A stretch of DNA of 64,000 nt from Octopus vulgaris (lineage: Eukaryota). A program made the translations under genes and the position numbers. Below the pieces are notes generated by a model that saw only the letters and a program-made list of their open reading frames with translations, was not told the origin of the DNA and did no database searches. Location: contig OX597831.1 of NCBI GenBank assembly GCA_951406725.2, positions 46,748,001 to 46,812,000 on the forward strand, read 5' to 3'. Below are positions 1-13,853 of the stretch, piece by piece; position 1 is the stretch's first letter; every line of letters begins with the position of its first letter.

Positions 1-105
1 GGGGATGCGTGTTGCTCAAGAACACAACATTCACCCGGTCCAGGAATATTAGCCATCATTACGATCTCTTGATCGTAACTGCAATACCCCAACCACTAGG
101 CCATA
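1..105 (-). mobile_element. tRNA-derived SINE 5' portion (family D), cut off by the window edge
   Basis: The minus strand reads TGGCCTAGTGGTTGGGGT (A box), a degenerate B box ATTCCTGGACCGGG, then TGTGTTCTTGAGCAACAC. The same head occurs at 46800-46873. Confidence 0.65.
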
Positions 106-411
106 CTGAAGCACACACACACGCACACACACACACACACAAACACACAGATGATGGTTGTATGAGTGAAAATGCGTAAGACTCGAAATCGGTACTTTAG
201 CGAGTAGAAATACTTTACTGCTTGCAGTCGTAAATTTGGGAAATTAACAAGTAATTGTAGCACTAAATTCAAACAGATACATGATTCCCAACAAGTTAGC
301 TGTCTTAGTTTTATTACTGAGAACGAACTGTTTAGTAGTGTTCCACGACTCTAGTCTGCTAAGGGACACGTTAATATTCCTATAAATCTAAGACGGCGAG
401 CTGGCAGAATC

Positions 412-614
412 TTTTCTACTCTAGGCACCAAGACCCGAAATTTTGGGGGAGGGAATCAGTCGATTAGATCGATCCCAGTACACAACTGGTACTTAATTTA
501 TCGAAGGATGAAAGTCAAAGTTGACCTCGGCGGAATATGAACTCAGAACGTAAAAACAGACGAAATACCTCTATTCCGCCCGGTGTGCTAACGATTCTGC
601 CAGCTCGCCGCCTT
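412..614 (-). mobile_element. tRNA-derived SINE family B copy
   Basis: The minus strand starts AGGCGGCGAGCTGGCAGAATCGTTAGCAC and has B box GAGTTCATATTCC, body CTTTCATCCTTCGATAAATTAAGTACCAGTT and tail CCTAGAGTAGAAAAG. There are more than 10 related copies in the window. Confidence 0.85.
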
Positions 615-1349
615 GTATATAGCAAAGTATAGTATTGAACAGTATGTATAGCTTGAACACCAGGAACATAACAAAAAATCTCACTAAACTGAAACATCAA
701 TAGTTCACCCATTTAAGTTACAGATTTTCAATTTGGAAAACTGCAAGTTTCAATTCTAATTAGTGACGCTCCTATTGTATTTGATTGATATTGTTACTGT
801 TTATTGTGTCTATTGCTGCTATTAGGCGTGAAGGTTATGGCAGTGACGACGGTGGATGTGGTGGCGTAAGCAATATGTAACTATGATAGAACTGCGTTGT
901 AGAATCAACGTAACAAGCTTTAGTTGTTTCACCTTTATTTAACACCAAACCGTAAGATTGTTTAAAGCTCATTAGTGTTGTCTTCAATAATCCTCAGCTA
1001 AAGCGTAAATATCAGTGAATTAAAGAGTCGAAGATGGCGTAGATCAGACACATAATCATCATAGTCGTAACAAACACACACACATACACACACACACGCG
1101 CACGGACACACACACAAATTATCAGCTAAGATTTTAATAGGCTATGTATTAAATCTTGCACGTTTACAAACAGCAATTTGCAACTGAAAAGAAACAAATT
1201 CACTGCAGGAAATCGTATCAAGTAAATTTCTTCTACTTTGGCAGGCTAGTTACCAGTTAACATGCCGGTCGTGTGACTGGTGTGTTAACTTCTTTAGATT
1301 AGGTTTAACTGTCCATCTTCATTAAGTGAACTTTTACCTCCAAGATATC

Positions 1350-1566
1350 CTTTTTTACTCTAGGCACAAGGTCCGAAATTTTGGGGGAAGAGGGGGGCAG
1401 TCGATTAGATGTACCCCAGTACGTAACTGGTACTTAATTTATCGAGCCCGAAAGGATGAAAGGTAAAGTTTATCTCGGCGGAATTTGAACTCAGAACGTA
1501 ACGGCAGACGAAATCCCGCTATGCATTTCGTCCGGTGTGCAAACGTTTCTGCCAGCTCACCGCCTT
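1350..1566 (-). mobile_element. SINE family B, full length, with 18-bp target-site duplication
   Basis: Same head, body and tail as 412-614. The direct repeat TTTTACCTCCAAGATATC lies at 1332-1349 and 1567-1584. Confidence 0.9.
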
Positions 1567-1685
1567 TTTTACCTCCAAGATATCTCCCAAATTTCACTAT
1601 CACCTGAGCGCTCACAAGCACACACACACACACACACACGCACACACACACACACACAAACACACACTCACACTCAGACACACAC

Positions 1686-1720
<35 letters not shown>

Positions 1721-1750
1721 TGTATGTATGTATATGTATGTATGTATGTT

Positions 1751-1941
1751 GGCGATTTTTTTTTTTCCTCCGTCTTCCCTTCTCTCGATCTTCTCTTTTC
1801 CTATGTTTCTGATGAAGAGCTCCGCCCGAAACGTTAAACCCTCCTTCTTCCCTTCCTTCTTGAGCGTCCAATAATACTATATTTGTTCCACGTCCTCGCG
1901 TTGTTGTGTTTTCTCTTTGTGTTTTCATGTTTGGATTAACT
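1751..1941 (+). mobile_element. Short non-coding Penelope-like terminal-repeat element carrying a hammerhead motif, between (TATG)n and (TA)n
   Basis: Homologous to the reverse complement of 24992-25180. It contains the hammerhead at 1805-1839 and ends GGATTAAC-(TA)n. Confidence 0.7.
1805..1839 (+). ncRNA. Minimal type I hammerhead ribozyme motif
   Basis: GTTT-CTGATGA-A-GAGC-TCC-GCCC-GAAAC-GTT-AAAC: stem I GTTT/AAAC, canonical core, stem II with one mismatch, palindromic ACGT stem III. Confidence 0.7.
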
Positions 1942-2236
1942 ATATATATATATATAAATATGTATATATGAATATATATACATACATATATATATATATA
2001 TTTACCGACGTAAGTTTGTGTATCCATTCATATATACAGTCAGGGATATTCGCCTGCGCATGCTTTGTAAATTCTGCGCTATATTCATATAAAATTACGA
2101 CTAGACAGATCGAAGTAATCGATGAAATATTAACAAATAAAAAGAAAAATATATTTATAGAAATAACTGAATATAAACACATACACACACGCACACACAT
2201 ATATATAAATATATATATATAATATATCTATATATT

Positions 2237-2326
<90 letters not shown>

Positions 2327-2587
2327 GAGATAGAGAGAGAGAGAAAGAGAGAGAGAGATACACACAGACACACACGTGTATGTGTGTGCCTAAGATGAAG
2401 GTGATGGCATTATTAAACGATAATTGAATTTCAGTTAGTCTCGCTATCTTCACATTGTTAACTTTTGCTGAAAAATATACGGATATGAATCACGGAGGTA
2501 TAGAAGCCTACATTTTGTTTAAAATGTCTCGCGTACTTTAGAAATATTCTCAAATGTAGTTGTACGGAGAATATAAGCAGAAGAGTG

Positions 2588-2960
<373 letters not shown>

Positions 2961-5900
2961 GTATATAATGGAGAAAGCCTAAGGGTATCGATTGTAGATT
3001 ATGATTGACCAGACGATATTGATTTATTTTATTATTATTTTTGTTGTGAATGGTAGGGTAAAATAAAGGTCGTACAATACGTAAACACAACTGAACTCTC
3101 GAAACTTCTACATATATAAATGGATTTGATTTCAGATAAATAATAATAACTAACCACTACTTGCGATAACAGATGGGTGAAGTGGGATATTCTATAAAAA
3201 ATGTGATTTGGAAAAAACAATTTCCAATTATCTTACTGATGAAATACATTCATACAATAAAAAAGAATCAAACGATTTTTTTAAAGTTTAGGCCATAACG
3301 CCATATTTTTACAGAAAATCTATCTCAATTCGTCTGTTTGTCAGCAAAGTCATCTTCTGAATGCTCATATCTAATGCAAGTATTTCGTTGTGTGTCCGAG
3401 CAAGGCACTTTTTCCAAACGATGTTATAAGCAATAGTCAATCATATCCGCAGTATAATAAATTGTAGTTAGTGGCCTCAAAATATGACAACCGCCTGACA
3501 ACTGGTTCCGATTGATAAAACTTTTTATGGGTCACTTTCCAGGTTACAGATCCCAAGCTATGGGTAAATAGGTTCACAATCTTATTAAGAGAAAATTGGA
3601 GTAGAACATCTAAGGGTCAACACAACTCTATCAGCCATATAGTCAAACTAATGACAAATGTACTGGACTGAGCTCTTTAAGACCACAGGATCAAAATGGA
3701 GGAAGGAGATTCTGACTTCTGGGCAACCCAAGATGTCTATTAACCCAAATCGCGCTTGTAACCTAAAGTGGTCACTTCAGTTACTAATCATTGCTGTAAA
3801 TTCCATTGTTTCTTGGGGGAAGATTCCTCTGAAATCTAAATCCCACAAAAGAAACCGGAATGGCAACCTAATGAGTGAGTCTCTAAGTAGTCGTTAGATC
3901 TACTAGGAATACGGAGTAAATCTATTTTACATCACAGACCCAAATGTCTTTAAAAAGGAATCAAACATTGGATGATATGTTTCTGAAAAATAATCAGAGA
4001 GATTGCCATGAGTGGAATGTTTTTGATCATCAATGTATTGTATCAGAACTGAACTGGCGTAAACAACAATAGCAACAAAAATAAAAAGCAGCAACCCATC
4101 CCTCTGGACTTTTTGGTTCATTAAATCACCACATCATCATCACCATCATCATCAACGGAATTCTTATTGTTCGTAAGAGAGGAGGGTTGTAGTTGTCAAG
4201 ATTAGTTGATCGCCACATAATGTCTAGCACATATTATTCAGTTAATGTATCTTTAATCGACACCATAGGGTGTGATAAATTAATACCAGTTGATTACTGA
4301 AGTTGAGCTAATTGACTGCACTCTCCACTAAAATGTGTTGCCTTGTGACTATGTTAAAAACCATCCTCATTCCTGTTAGGAGTAACAGCAGTGGCCTCAG
4401 AATTAACGTTGTTAGATATCTGGATCTTTGGATTCACTCTTTTCCCATTCCAGGTACTAACACTATTCAAGCTCTTATAGACTTTCATTAAACTGCATAT
4501 AGAGATATCTTATTAGAATATAAAGGATGTTTTTTTTTCTTTTGAAAGTGACCGATGTCAACTATCTCAATCAGTGGCAATTAAAAGATAACTACAAGTT
4601 ATTCCTTAATTTGGAAGGAAAATTTTATCGCAAAGAAATGGATAGACAATAGGTAATGCAAAAGAGAACAATGGGCAATTGTTTAAAATGCTATTTATTT
4701 AAGTAATTGTATATTCCTTCATCCATCATTGTGTAACTTTTGCTCAAGCAAATATAATTAGTGGAGTTTTGCTTCAAAGTTAAATGTGGCGTCGTTGCAA
4801 TCAACAAACAAACTCGTATAAGTTCAGACATACTCTTCGTTAACAGAGAAATATGGCTGTTAACAACATTATCTTAAATAAAAGCAAGACACACTACAGA
4901 AATATTATCACTTGAGATCGGTCAACCAGAGAGAAGTTCTTTGTTAGTGCTTGCACAAATTTGTAGTGGACAGTCCGCCCTGGAGGTATGTGAACTGAAT
5001 TTACAACTTTGAGGTAACAGCACAACGTTTTTCATTTAATCTTATCGATTTCATTCTAATATCGTTCTGCTGTGGTATTAGAATTAGTTGTAACAAAGCT
5101 GCAATTAGAGTTTCTAGCGAGACTCAAGTCCGCAAGACTCGAACTCAATAACAATTACCATTTGTTCGTTGAGAAGTTCTTAAGTTTCATTTTAATGTAC
5201 GGAGCGACTTAATAGTAGTAACTATCAGCAACAAGACGCCGTGACAGTTGTTTCGGATATAGGCATAATTACTATATGACTGATGGTATACGAACAATCA
5301 ACCATCATGCCCCCAAAGTTAGATATTTTACAATTCAACCAAGGAAAGACGAAAAGTGCTGTGCACACACCGTGGAATTTTTGCCGCAACAGTTCTCACA
5401 GTTTTTCAATATTTACAATATTTACAACATGACGAGATAATTAGACATACATACATACTAATGTCTATACGAATGCTTTCCATGTGTGTTAGTAATCATG
5501 TGTCATAAAATGTATTAGTGTCAGGCATTATTAACAAAATTCTGAGAGAAAAATCTTTGTTACATATAGTATTTTGGGTTTCTCTCCTTTATATTTATTT
5601 TCCTCTACAGTTTATTTGTTTCATACTTATTATGCATGTATCTACGTATGCGCGTTTTGCGTGTGTATATACATACACGCACATACACACACACACACAT
5701 GTATGAGTGTATATGTATTTTCATGTATGTGTGTGTATGTGAAACACAATTATTTCAATCCTCTTTCGCTTCCAGTAGTTTGTTATTGCTTCAGAAATAC
5801 AAGAAAAAATATTTGCTTCTTTTCTCAATGTTTGAATTTATTTTTTTTTATTGCCTTCTATACTTTCAATTGAACCCCCCAGAACAAAAAATTGGTTTGT

Positions 5901-6158
5901 ATTTTTAGGAAACACAATGCCATTTTTAACAGAAATTAAGTACCAATACAGGTGGTTGATAAAGGCGTTGATGCGGAGGGATGGGTGTGAATGAAAGATA
6001 AAATCAGCCCAACTGAAATTCGAAATCAAAATATAAGTGATCGAACCTGAACACTGTAATGAGAATAGTGATTTCAAATATTCCCTTCGCAAGCTTTTAC
6101 GTTTACGATGCAGCTGTGGTTCGAAACCGGAACACTGATTTGACAAATCAGGCCCTTA

Positions 6159-6378
6159 CGAGGGAAGTACTGAAAAGTTCCTGGTTTTGGGTAGCAGCGA
6201 GTACAGGGGGATTAGTTAATTATGATTTTACTCAACATATTCCCCTCTCAGATACACACCCATTTCTTGCAGTGGTCCTTCAGTTTTTCGGAGCTCTATA
6301 AAAGGACTCGGATGGTTGGATCGCCATCTAGGCTTTTTACCATACCCTTAAAGCTAGGAACTTTTCAGCACCCCGTCG
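6159..6378. mobile_element. Mariner-type MITE
   Basis: TA-CGAGGGAAGTACTGAAAAGTTCCTGG ... CTAGGAACTTTTCAGCACCCCGTCG-TA: terminal inverted repeats with TA flanks. A second copy is at 9750-9963. Confidence 0.85.
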
Positions 6379-7410
6379 TATATATCTTGCTTTATGGCTG
6401 TCGTGCTGAAAGCTAATAAATAATAACGATTTTTTTTTCTTTTGCTTATAATCCTACTTTATTGGGAAAGAAAGAATATGTGAGGAAAATGTCTTTTTCG
6501 ATATATCAATACTATTTGCCAATAGTTGCAAAATCCAATCTATCGTGGTTCGCAGGCCTTTTTTTGGCTCCAAGTTGGAGTCTACCGATATCATCCTGCT
6601 TTCCACTCTTGACAAGTTATAACGTAGTACCTTAGCAGAAACGGTAGATGATTAGCTACTAGGAATTTGTAACAAAGACAAGATGCCACATATTTTGGCA
6701 GACGGGGTTAATCGATTAAATTGCACCCAATACTTGTGTGGTACCTTATTCCGTCGATCTTGGAAGGATGAAAGACAAAGTTGTCTTTACTATGATATGA
6801 AATCTGAACATAAAAGAAGTGTAACAAAATAGCATCGTATCCTCTTGGAGAAATACATGTAAAAAATAGTGTAGTCTTGAGTTTCTTGCATATAGAGATA
6901 AGACGGAATGATTTTGGTTGGAATGTCTTTGACGTTATCTTTGACCAGGGCTTGCTTTGGGCTAAGCAAGAACGAAAACAACCAACAAAAAATTGTACTT
7001 GTTTAATACAACGGATTTGCGAAGCTATTAAAAGCTCATTGGAACACTTCAATCAGATCATTTGATAAGAGAATTACATTGCACGCAGAGTCTCTATCTC
7101 CTTCAAACCTCACCTTACATGATAAAAAAAAACAACAGACACATAAAATAATATAGTCAGAAGTGCACTATACTTGAAGGAAAAAACAGACAGATTGGTT
7201 GCTGCTATAATACCTTTGATCATAGGGATTTTCTTTTATCAGTGTCGATATAGAGCAACATAACAACAACAACGATGACATCTCTGTAAGGCTGATGTCG
7301 TTAAAAGTTGATAACAGAATTTCAGTCCTAAACGCAAAACAAATCTGCACACACATTAGGCTTTTAGAACTATACGCTTTCGTAGTTAATAATAACAACA
7401 ATAATAATCC

Positions 7411-7601
7411 TTTCTTCTGTGGACACAAGGCCTGAAATTTAGTGGGAGGAGTAAGTCAATTACACTGAAGTCTGGTATTTATTTTATCGACCCCGAAAGG
7501 ATGGAAGGAAAAAAGTCAAAACTCGGAGAAATTAGAACTCAGAACAGAAAGGGAGAAGAAATTGGTTCGGTGAGCTAACGATTCTACCAACTCGCTACCT
7601 T
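7411..7601 (-). mobile_element. Diverged SINE family B copy
   Basis: Contains ACAAGGCCTGAAATTT...ATCGACCCCGAAAGGATG...GAACTCAGAAC...AACGATTCTACCAACTCGC, matching the other copies. Confidence 0.75.
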
Positions 7602-8564
7602 AACAACAAGAACAACGACAACAGCAGTGTTTTCACATTGATCCTCAGCTCTTTCACTACATATTAATTCTATAGAATCACAACACTGATTAAATTTATT
7701 GATTGCTTGTATGTCATCTACCTATTACTTTTACAATAACTTATTGATCAAGTTACTGTTATTTATCGATTGGCATTACTGAAATCTCGTGATTGATTTT
7801 TTTTCGTGTAATTTATCGATTAAGTTTTACATTAATATATGGATTAAGTGTATCGTAACTTATCGATTGTTTTCTACTGTAACAGCTCGATCTATATATT
7901 TGTTTTTGTTTTATTATATTTTATTCGTTTATTATCGCATCAAAGCATTTACAAATACCAGAGAACATGTTGAATTAAAGGTGATAAATAAACAACCCAC
8001 CTCTCCTCCTAAACTATAACAAAACATTTTTAAAACATACTGAAAACAATACAAATATTCAAATATGTATTTTATAAACTATTATTGTTACTATAGACAG
8101 AAATTTCAAAGAATGCAGTACCGCAACTGGAAATAGTCGAAATCGATGTTTATAACTACTTAACCTGATTTGACTTAAGACCTCGATTCCAGATGGAGTT
8201 GTGGGGACCAGGTCGGGCCGCAGCCGATTTCTTAAAGAGAAAAAAAGAAAAAGAAAAAAGGAATCGAATCCAGTACTGGAGTGATACTTTATTTATCAAT
8301 CCCCAAGAGGTTGCAAGGCAATGCTGAACTCGGTAGGGATTGAAATCAAAGCGCAGAGAGCTGGAAAGACAAGGTTTTCTAACATACATTTATTTGTAAG
8401 TCTTAGTAAAACCTTTGAAATTTTCAATTTTCTTTGATTTCAGTTGCCTTCAAAACTTTATATTCTCGCTTATTTTGAACCTTTGGAGGACTATTTATAA
8501 AGAAATGATACACATCATACCAGATTATTGCAAGTGTAGGCAGAGGCGTAACCATGTTCTAAAG

Positions 8565-8839
8565 CAGTGGTTCCCAAAGTGGGAAGTACTGCTCCCTTGG
8601 GAGCGGTGGAAAGATCCAGGATTGCGTTGATGAAAAGGGGGATGATAATGGGGTGGCCAAAATGGGGTGATAGATGTAAAAAAATATATTGGTAGTTTAA
8701 TTAAGTTTAAGTTTTATTTGTAAAATACAGTTGTTTTGAATTTTCTGCAGAAAGCGGTCTATATTTGTGATGGAGAGGGCGAGGGGGCGCTAGGAATGTG
8801 GCCTGAGGGCGGCAGCCTGAAAAAGTTTGGGAAACACTA
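8565..8839. mobile_element. hAT (Charlie-like) MITE
   Basis: TIRs CAGTGGTTCCCAAA / TTTGGGAAACACTA. The 8-mer TTCTAAAG occurs on both sides (8557-8564 and 8842-8849), matching the hAT-Charlie target consensus. Confidence 0.75.
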
Positions 8840-9673
8840 TTTTCTAAAGTTAGCGGGAGCTAGCACATAAAACAGAATAGCTTCTAAGTGTATCGAACGT
8901 GTGGAATGGACACATTGAGAATTTACCGATTGCGTATCGAACCCTCACACTGAACTCGAAGCCGAAACAATAAAATCAGCCATGTTTGCAACGCTCTCCA
9001 ACAATGATATTGAACGTCTTGAAAGAAGATTCGTTCGCGCGCGCGCTCATGTGTGTGGTTTGAAAGTCAACGGTAAATGCATACTTATTTAACTACTTAT
9101 TGAGAGACAGAGCGAGGGAGAAGGGGGAGGGAGAGAGAGAGAGAGAGAGAAGGGGTGGGTTTTGAACTGTCTGGCCTGATTTTATTACTCCTGCAACACC
9201 TGAAAACGAAGCGGGTGGAAAGCCAGGTGTTAATGAAATGTTTAGTCATAGATCGCGCTGGAATATGAAAAGGTGAGAGTGCAGTAACATAGGTGATCTT
9301 GCAGGCGAGTCTGTGTGTGTACGCGTGTGCACGCGTGTGTGTGCAAACACGCATGTACGTGTGTGTCTTTATTCGTACGTAATTTGTGATGCACGTTTCA
9401 AGCATGTACGTTTAAACGAAATATTTACGTTTACATACATATTTACACATAGTTATAGTTTAGCACCAGGTGAGCTCGTTTCGAAGTAGATATATGCTCA
9501 AAGCATCCCAGCCATGACCATCTCATCTCATTTTTTAGACAATATATAGGATTACATTCTGCAGTATATCCGTCCTTTTTTTTGTAATCTGCTAAGATGT
9601 AGTTTTCGCTGTTACTTCTAGCGGATCAACTATTAAGTACGTGTGCGTGTGTGTGTGTGGTTGTGTGTGTGTA

Positions 9674-9722
<49 letters not shown>

Positions 9723-9749
9723 GTGAGCGTGATCGAGCACATAAGTGCA

Positions 9750-9963
9750 CGAGGCTGTGCTGAAAAGTTCCTGCTTTGGGTAAAAGAAAATACAAGAGGA
9801 TCAGTTGTGATTTTCTTCAAAATATTCCCCTCCCTGATTCGCACTCTTACTGCAGCGGTCCTTCAGTTTTTTTATGCCTTGTAAAAGAACTCGGAAGGCT
9901 GAGCCTCCAATCACGCCTTTTGCAATACCCTTAAAACTAGGAACTTTTCAGTACCCCGCCTCA
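9750..9963. mobile_element. Mariner-type MITE, second copy
   Basis: CGAGGCTGTGCTGAAAAGTTCCTG ... CTAGGAACTTTTCAGTACCCC; the internal sequence aligns with 6159-6378. Confidence 0.8.
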
Positions 9964-12004
9964 TATGTATACATTTATTTATGCGTGTCTAAATATGTAG
10001 AAGGTGTTTAAATACAATGATGTTTCAATGATATTATTCTGTATATAGCCATAATTTTTACTGACATTGTATCTATGGGCGGGTGTGAATACCTTGTTAT
10101 TATATACAACATCTACATGAGCAGAAACTTAACCATGTTGTTAATCTTTTCATATACAATACATTTAAAAGCAAGAAAATTACTTGGGAATGAGGGGGGG
10201 GGATGTTCAGAGTCGCCTATTGCACGAAAAGCTGAAAGTAAACTGAGCACTAACATAATTAATATAGTGACACAAGAAATTTTTAATTAATTCAGATTAG
10301 ACTCTTAGTAATGAGAAAAAAATAATTATCTCAATGATTAGTAATGATCTAGAACCTCTGCTTTTCCTAACCAGAATAATTTATTAAGCTAATTATTTTT
10401 ATATCATTACTTACGAGTGCAACTTTAATTAATTATGATTTTTTTGGATTACTACTACATTATTTATGTTAGTGTCCACTTCACAAACTGCATGAAATAT
10501 TGATTTCTAACTAAAGCACTAAGCCGCATACATATTATAAAATGTATCTTGACTAGTGTATTCATTTTTGTTATTACAGTCACAGCATTTCAGCCCCTGT
10601 AGCCTTCGGTCAACTTCATATATCGGTTGTATTTGGTAACATCGTTAGAATTTCGAACAGAAACCCTCTACTAAATCCACAGGAGTAGATTACAACCAAG
10701 GTGAAGACACAAGAAGCCAAGAGAAAATAACAACCAAAATGAGGGGACGATATCCTTGAAGAGGTAACAACCATGATAGAAAGGCGTATTCTCATATGGC
10801 TGAAATGAAACCCTCTCTCTTTTACTTTCTTCATTTTTTTATGTATACACTCTAGTGTAGTACGTATGTGGCTTAGATTCATCGTTGGTTTAAAACTGCC
10901 CGACAGTTGTTTTGAAAGTAATGCAGAAGTTTGCATAATCTTTTTAGTAACTAATATAGGTCATTTCAACTGAGTAATTATTCCTTTATATTAACTCTTA
11001 CTCGTGTTTTTTCCTTTCAGACAAATAGAAGATTTCAAGCAGAAGTAACTAAATTCGTAACAAAATAAGTGGTCCATGCTGTTCGACATTCACTGAAGGT
11101 TGGAAGTTGTTTACGAAAAATAAACAAATTGTGTTGATCAGTGGTTCTCCCACTCACCGTACAGCCCTGACCTGGTGTCGCACTCTCCTTCCACAATGTT
11201 TTGATGACAATGACAAGCTGAAATTGCTGGGAAGAAGTAACTACAATGTTGCACAACTGAATTTATTTTTCAAAGAGGGTTCGAGAACTGAGTTCAACGA
11301 TGGCGCAAATGTATCGTCTACAATAGAGCCTATGTTGAGGAGTACGACAAATTCGTATTCCTTGTACAGAGGAAGAGTTACTCTACCAACACGTGTAATT
11401 TGAACGGCCTGTGTAACTTAATAAAAATGTTATGCCCACTTTGTCATCACACTTGCGAGAACCCTCGTACACATACCTGGCATGTGTCATAAATTAAGAT
11501 ACATAACACGGTTTCAGATTTAGTCACACATCCACAAGTTCTTAGAATTCTCCAATGAATTAATTTATCCTATTTTATTCAGTTTTTTTTATCGATGTCT
11601 AAACATATATTTCTTTAGGCAAATATACATTTTCCTGCATTACCATGGCGTTGTTATGGTGACAGTTTGGTTAGTCATGCACAAATTGGAAACTGTGTAA
11701 AGAGAAAACGTAAACATTCTTAAATTCACTTTTTGTTATCGCTCACATGTTAATTTATCTCCAAGCAGTATTGCTTTCATCTTAAGATTTTAAGTTTTTC
11801 GTTTAATTGTATTTGGTGACAGAACGGAAATACAAGTTTACTAACATTTGTATTCGTATTTCAAGGAAAGAGCTAGATTTAGGCCCGGGGATCAATAAAA
11901 TAGAATAAATACGTGCATTGGAAGATGCACAAGAATTAGCAAACACATCAAATTAGCCAATGCGGGAAGTGGGTCGAACCAGAAAGAGAATCTCTATGCG
12001 TCAT

Positions 12005-12570
12005 TCGGTTGGCTAGAAATAGCAACCAAATCTCACTGTTATCTTTAAACAGCAAGGATATACGAGGTAATGTAGTCCTAGATATATTATATCTTAGAAA
12101 TATATGGATTGGCCACGGCTTGGATGGTTTTACTCATAGGTCTCACCGAACCATGGGCCGCCAACTATATTAAAAACTATTCCACTAAAAACTATAGAAG
12201 CAAATTAATCTCTATTCAGTAACTTAACCTGCTAAAAATAGCAGCCAAATTTTCTTCAAATTACACACCTTTTGAATAGAAAGGACATTTTATAAGGTAG
12301 TTCGAAATACACAATGCCCAAAAATGACAGGAAAGTCACAGCTTATATGCTTTCTCCATAAGTCTGCTCAAACAGTACCTCTATCCTCTCTACCAGCGAA
12401 TGATGAAGCCTCTCTAACCAAGTCCCTTTAAAAACCACACTCCACTATCTACGTTGCATAATGTCCTTCCAGATGTACTATATCTGTGAAGAAAGGAGTG
12501 AATGATCAAACCAGATTGACTTTGGTCATGCGTCTACTAGATTAGGGTTGACCTGTTGTTAAAGAAAAGA
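12005..12570 (+). repeat. Three degenerate tandem copies of an interspersed repeat (core CTAGAAATAGCAGCCAAATCTC...GGATAATGTAGTCCTAGAT...CATAGGTCT)
   Basis: The motif recurs at about 12012, 12230 and 12410. Related dispersed copies lie near 3890-4010, 9460-9620 (minus), 13495-13640 and 16420-16580. Confidence 0.55.
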
Positions 12571-12656
12571 CAACGATGACAATGTCCTTCAATTGGGATT
12601 TGGTGAGTGTCGTTATATCACATTCAACCGACGGTCTTTATAAATATGAAACCAAC

Positions 12657-12721
<65 letters not shown>

Positions 12722-13641
12722 CAATATGTGAAATAATTTTTTAATATTTTGGGAGAAATAAGGATGATTTGAATATTTCGAAACATTATTTTCGTTTCAC
12801 TTTTTTACTTAGTTGTGTATGGGGAGAGTCATACTCTTTTAGTGCCTTTAACACAGTTACCGGTAAAAAATTCGACTCATTTACGTATTTTTCTAAAATT
12901 TTTCTAAAATATTTACTTATTTTTCTAAAATTTTCGTTGCGTCTTGCGACATTTTCAATAGTTGTTGACTTTCCAAAAACGAACCTTTTTAATTTAGTTT
13001 TTCAAGTTTAATTCATTTTTGTTTTGAGGTGCTTAATTCTTGCGATATTTTATTTTCAGCTCTGAATGAAGGTTTCTGATTGGCCACTTATTTTGCTTAA
13101 AAGGAGGGAGGGTGTAACTATACTGTCAAGTAGTATATAAGTGTTAAAGCTTGGTTCATTGTTTTGTTCTGAGCTAGTAATGTGTAACTGAATAGCGAAA
13201 TGAAAACAGGTATATTGTCAGGGTGTAGCTTGTGTGGAATGTTCGGTATGAGATTGTTGAAGCGGGTGGCAGGACTGTCTCGGTGAATAGAGGCAATCAG
13301 TCTAACAAATAAATCAGTTTTGGTGTTACCTGACCTCTCTCTCTCTCTCAGCTCATCCCAAATTCCCAAATAGCTGGCAACTTGTGTGAATGTGTGGGTG
13401 TGGACAAATGGCGATGAGACTGGAAGGGTATTATTGCAACTGCGCTTTCAACAGCTATAATTAATTAACCTTCTACGGGGTTTTTGTGTCGTCATTCCAC
13501 CTAATAGAAACAAACAGTAGCCAAGTCTCTCTCAAATTATTCCTTACCGTCATTGAATAAGTATTGTCATTTATTGGTAGTATCTGTTTAAAAACAGTAA
13601 ATGATATAATCATGACTGGAACACTTTTGATCATAGGTATG

Positions 13642-13853
13642 AAACGTTAGCACGCCGGGCGAAATGCGTAGCCGTATTTCGTCTGCTGTTACGTTCTGAG
13701 TTCAAATTCCGCCGAAGTCAACTTTGCCTTTCATCCTTTCGGGGTCGATTAAATAAGTACCAGTTACGCACTGGGGTCGATATAATCGACTTAATCCGTT
13801 TGTCTGTCCTTGTCTGTCCTCTCTGTGTTTAGCCCCTTGTGGGTAGTAAAGAA
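13642..13853 (+). mobile_element. SINE family B, young subfamily with alternative tail, slightly 5'-truncated, 9-bp TSD
   Basis: Near-consensus body and tail TCCGTTTGTCTGTCCTTG...TTTAGCCCCTTGTGGGTAGTAAAGAA. ATAGGTATG is duplicated at 13633-13641 and 13854-13862. Confidence 0.85.

Noticed and set aside
4690-5330. Possible ancient mariner transposase remnant on the minus strand
   Set aside because: Only a faint SG*PIS (SGRP-like) peptide is visible; too decayed to support without a profile search.
10600-11560. Possible decayed Penelope endonuclease region with a hammerhead trace near 10580-10617
   Set aside because: The motifs are too degenerate to align by eye; it needs a translated HMM search.
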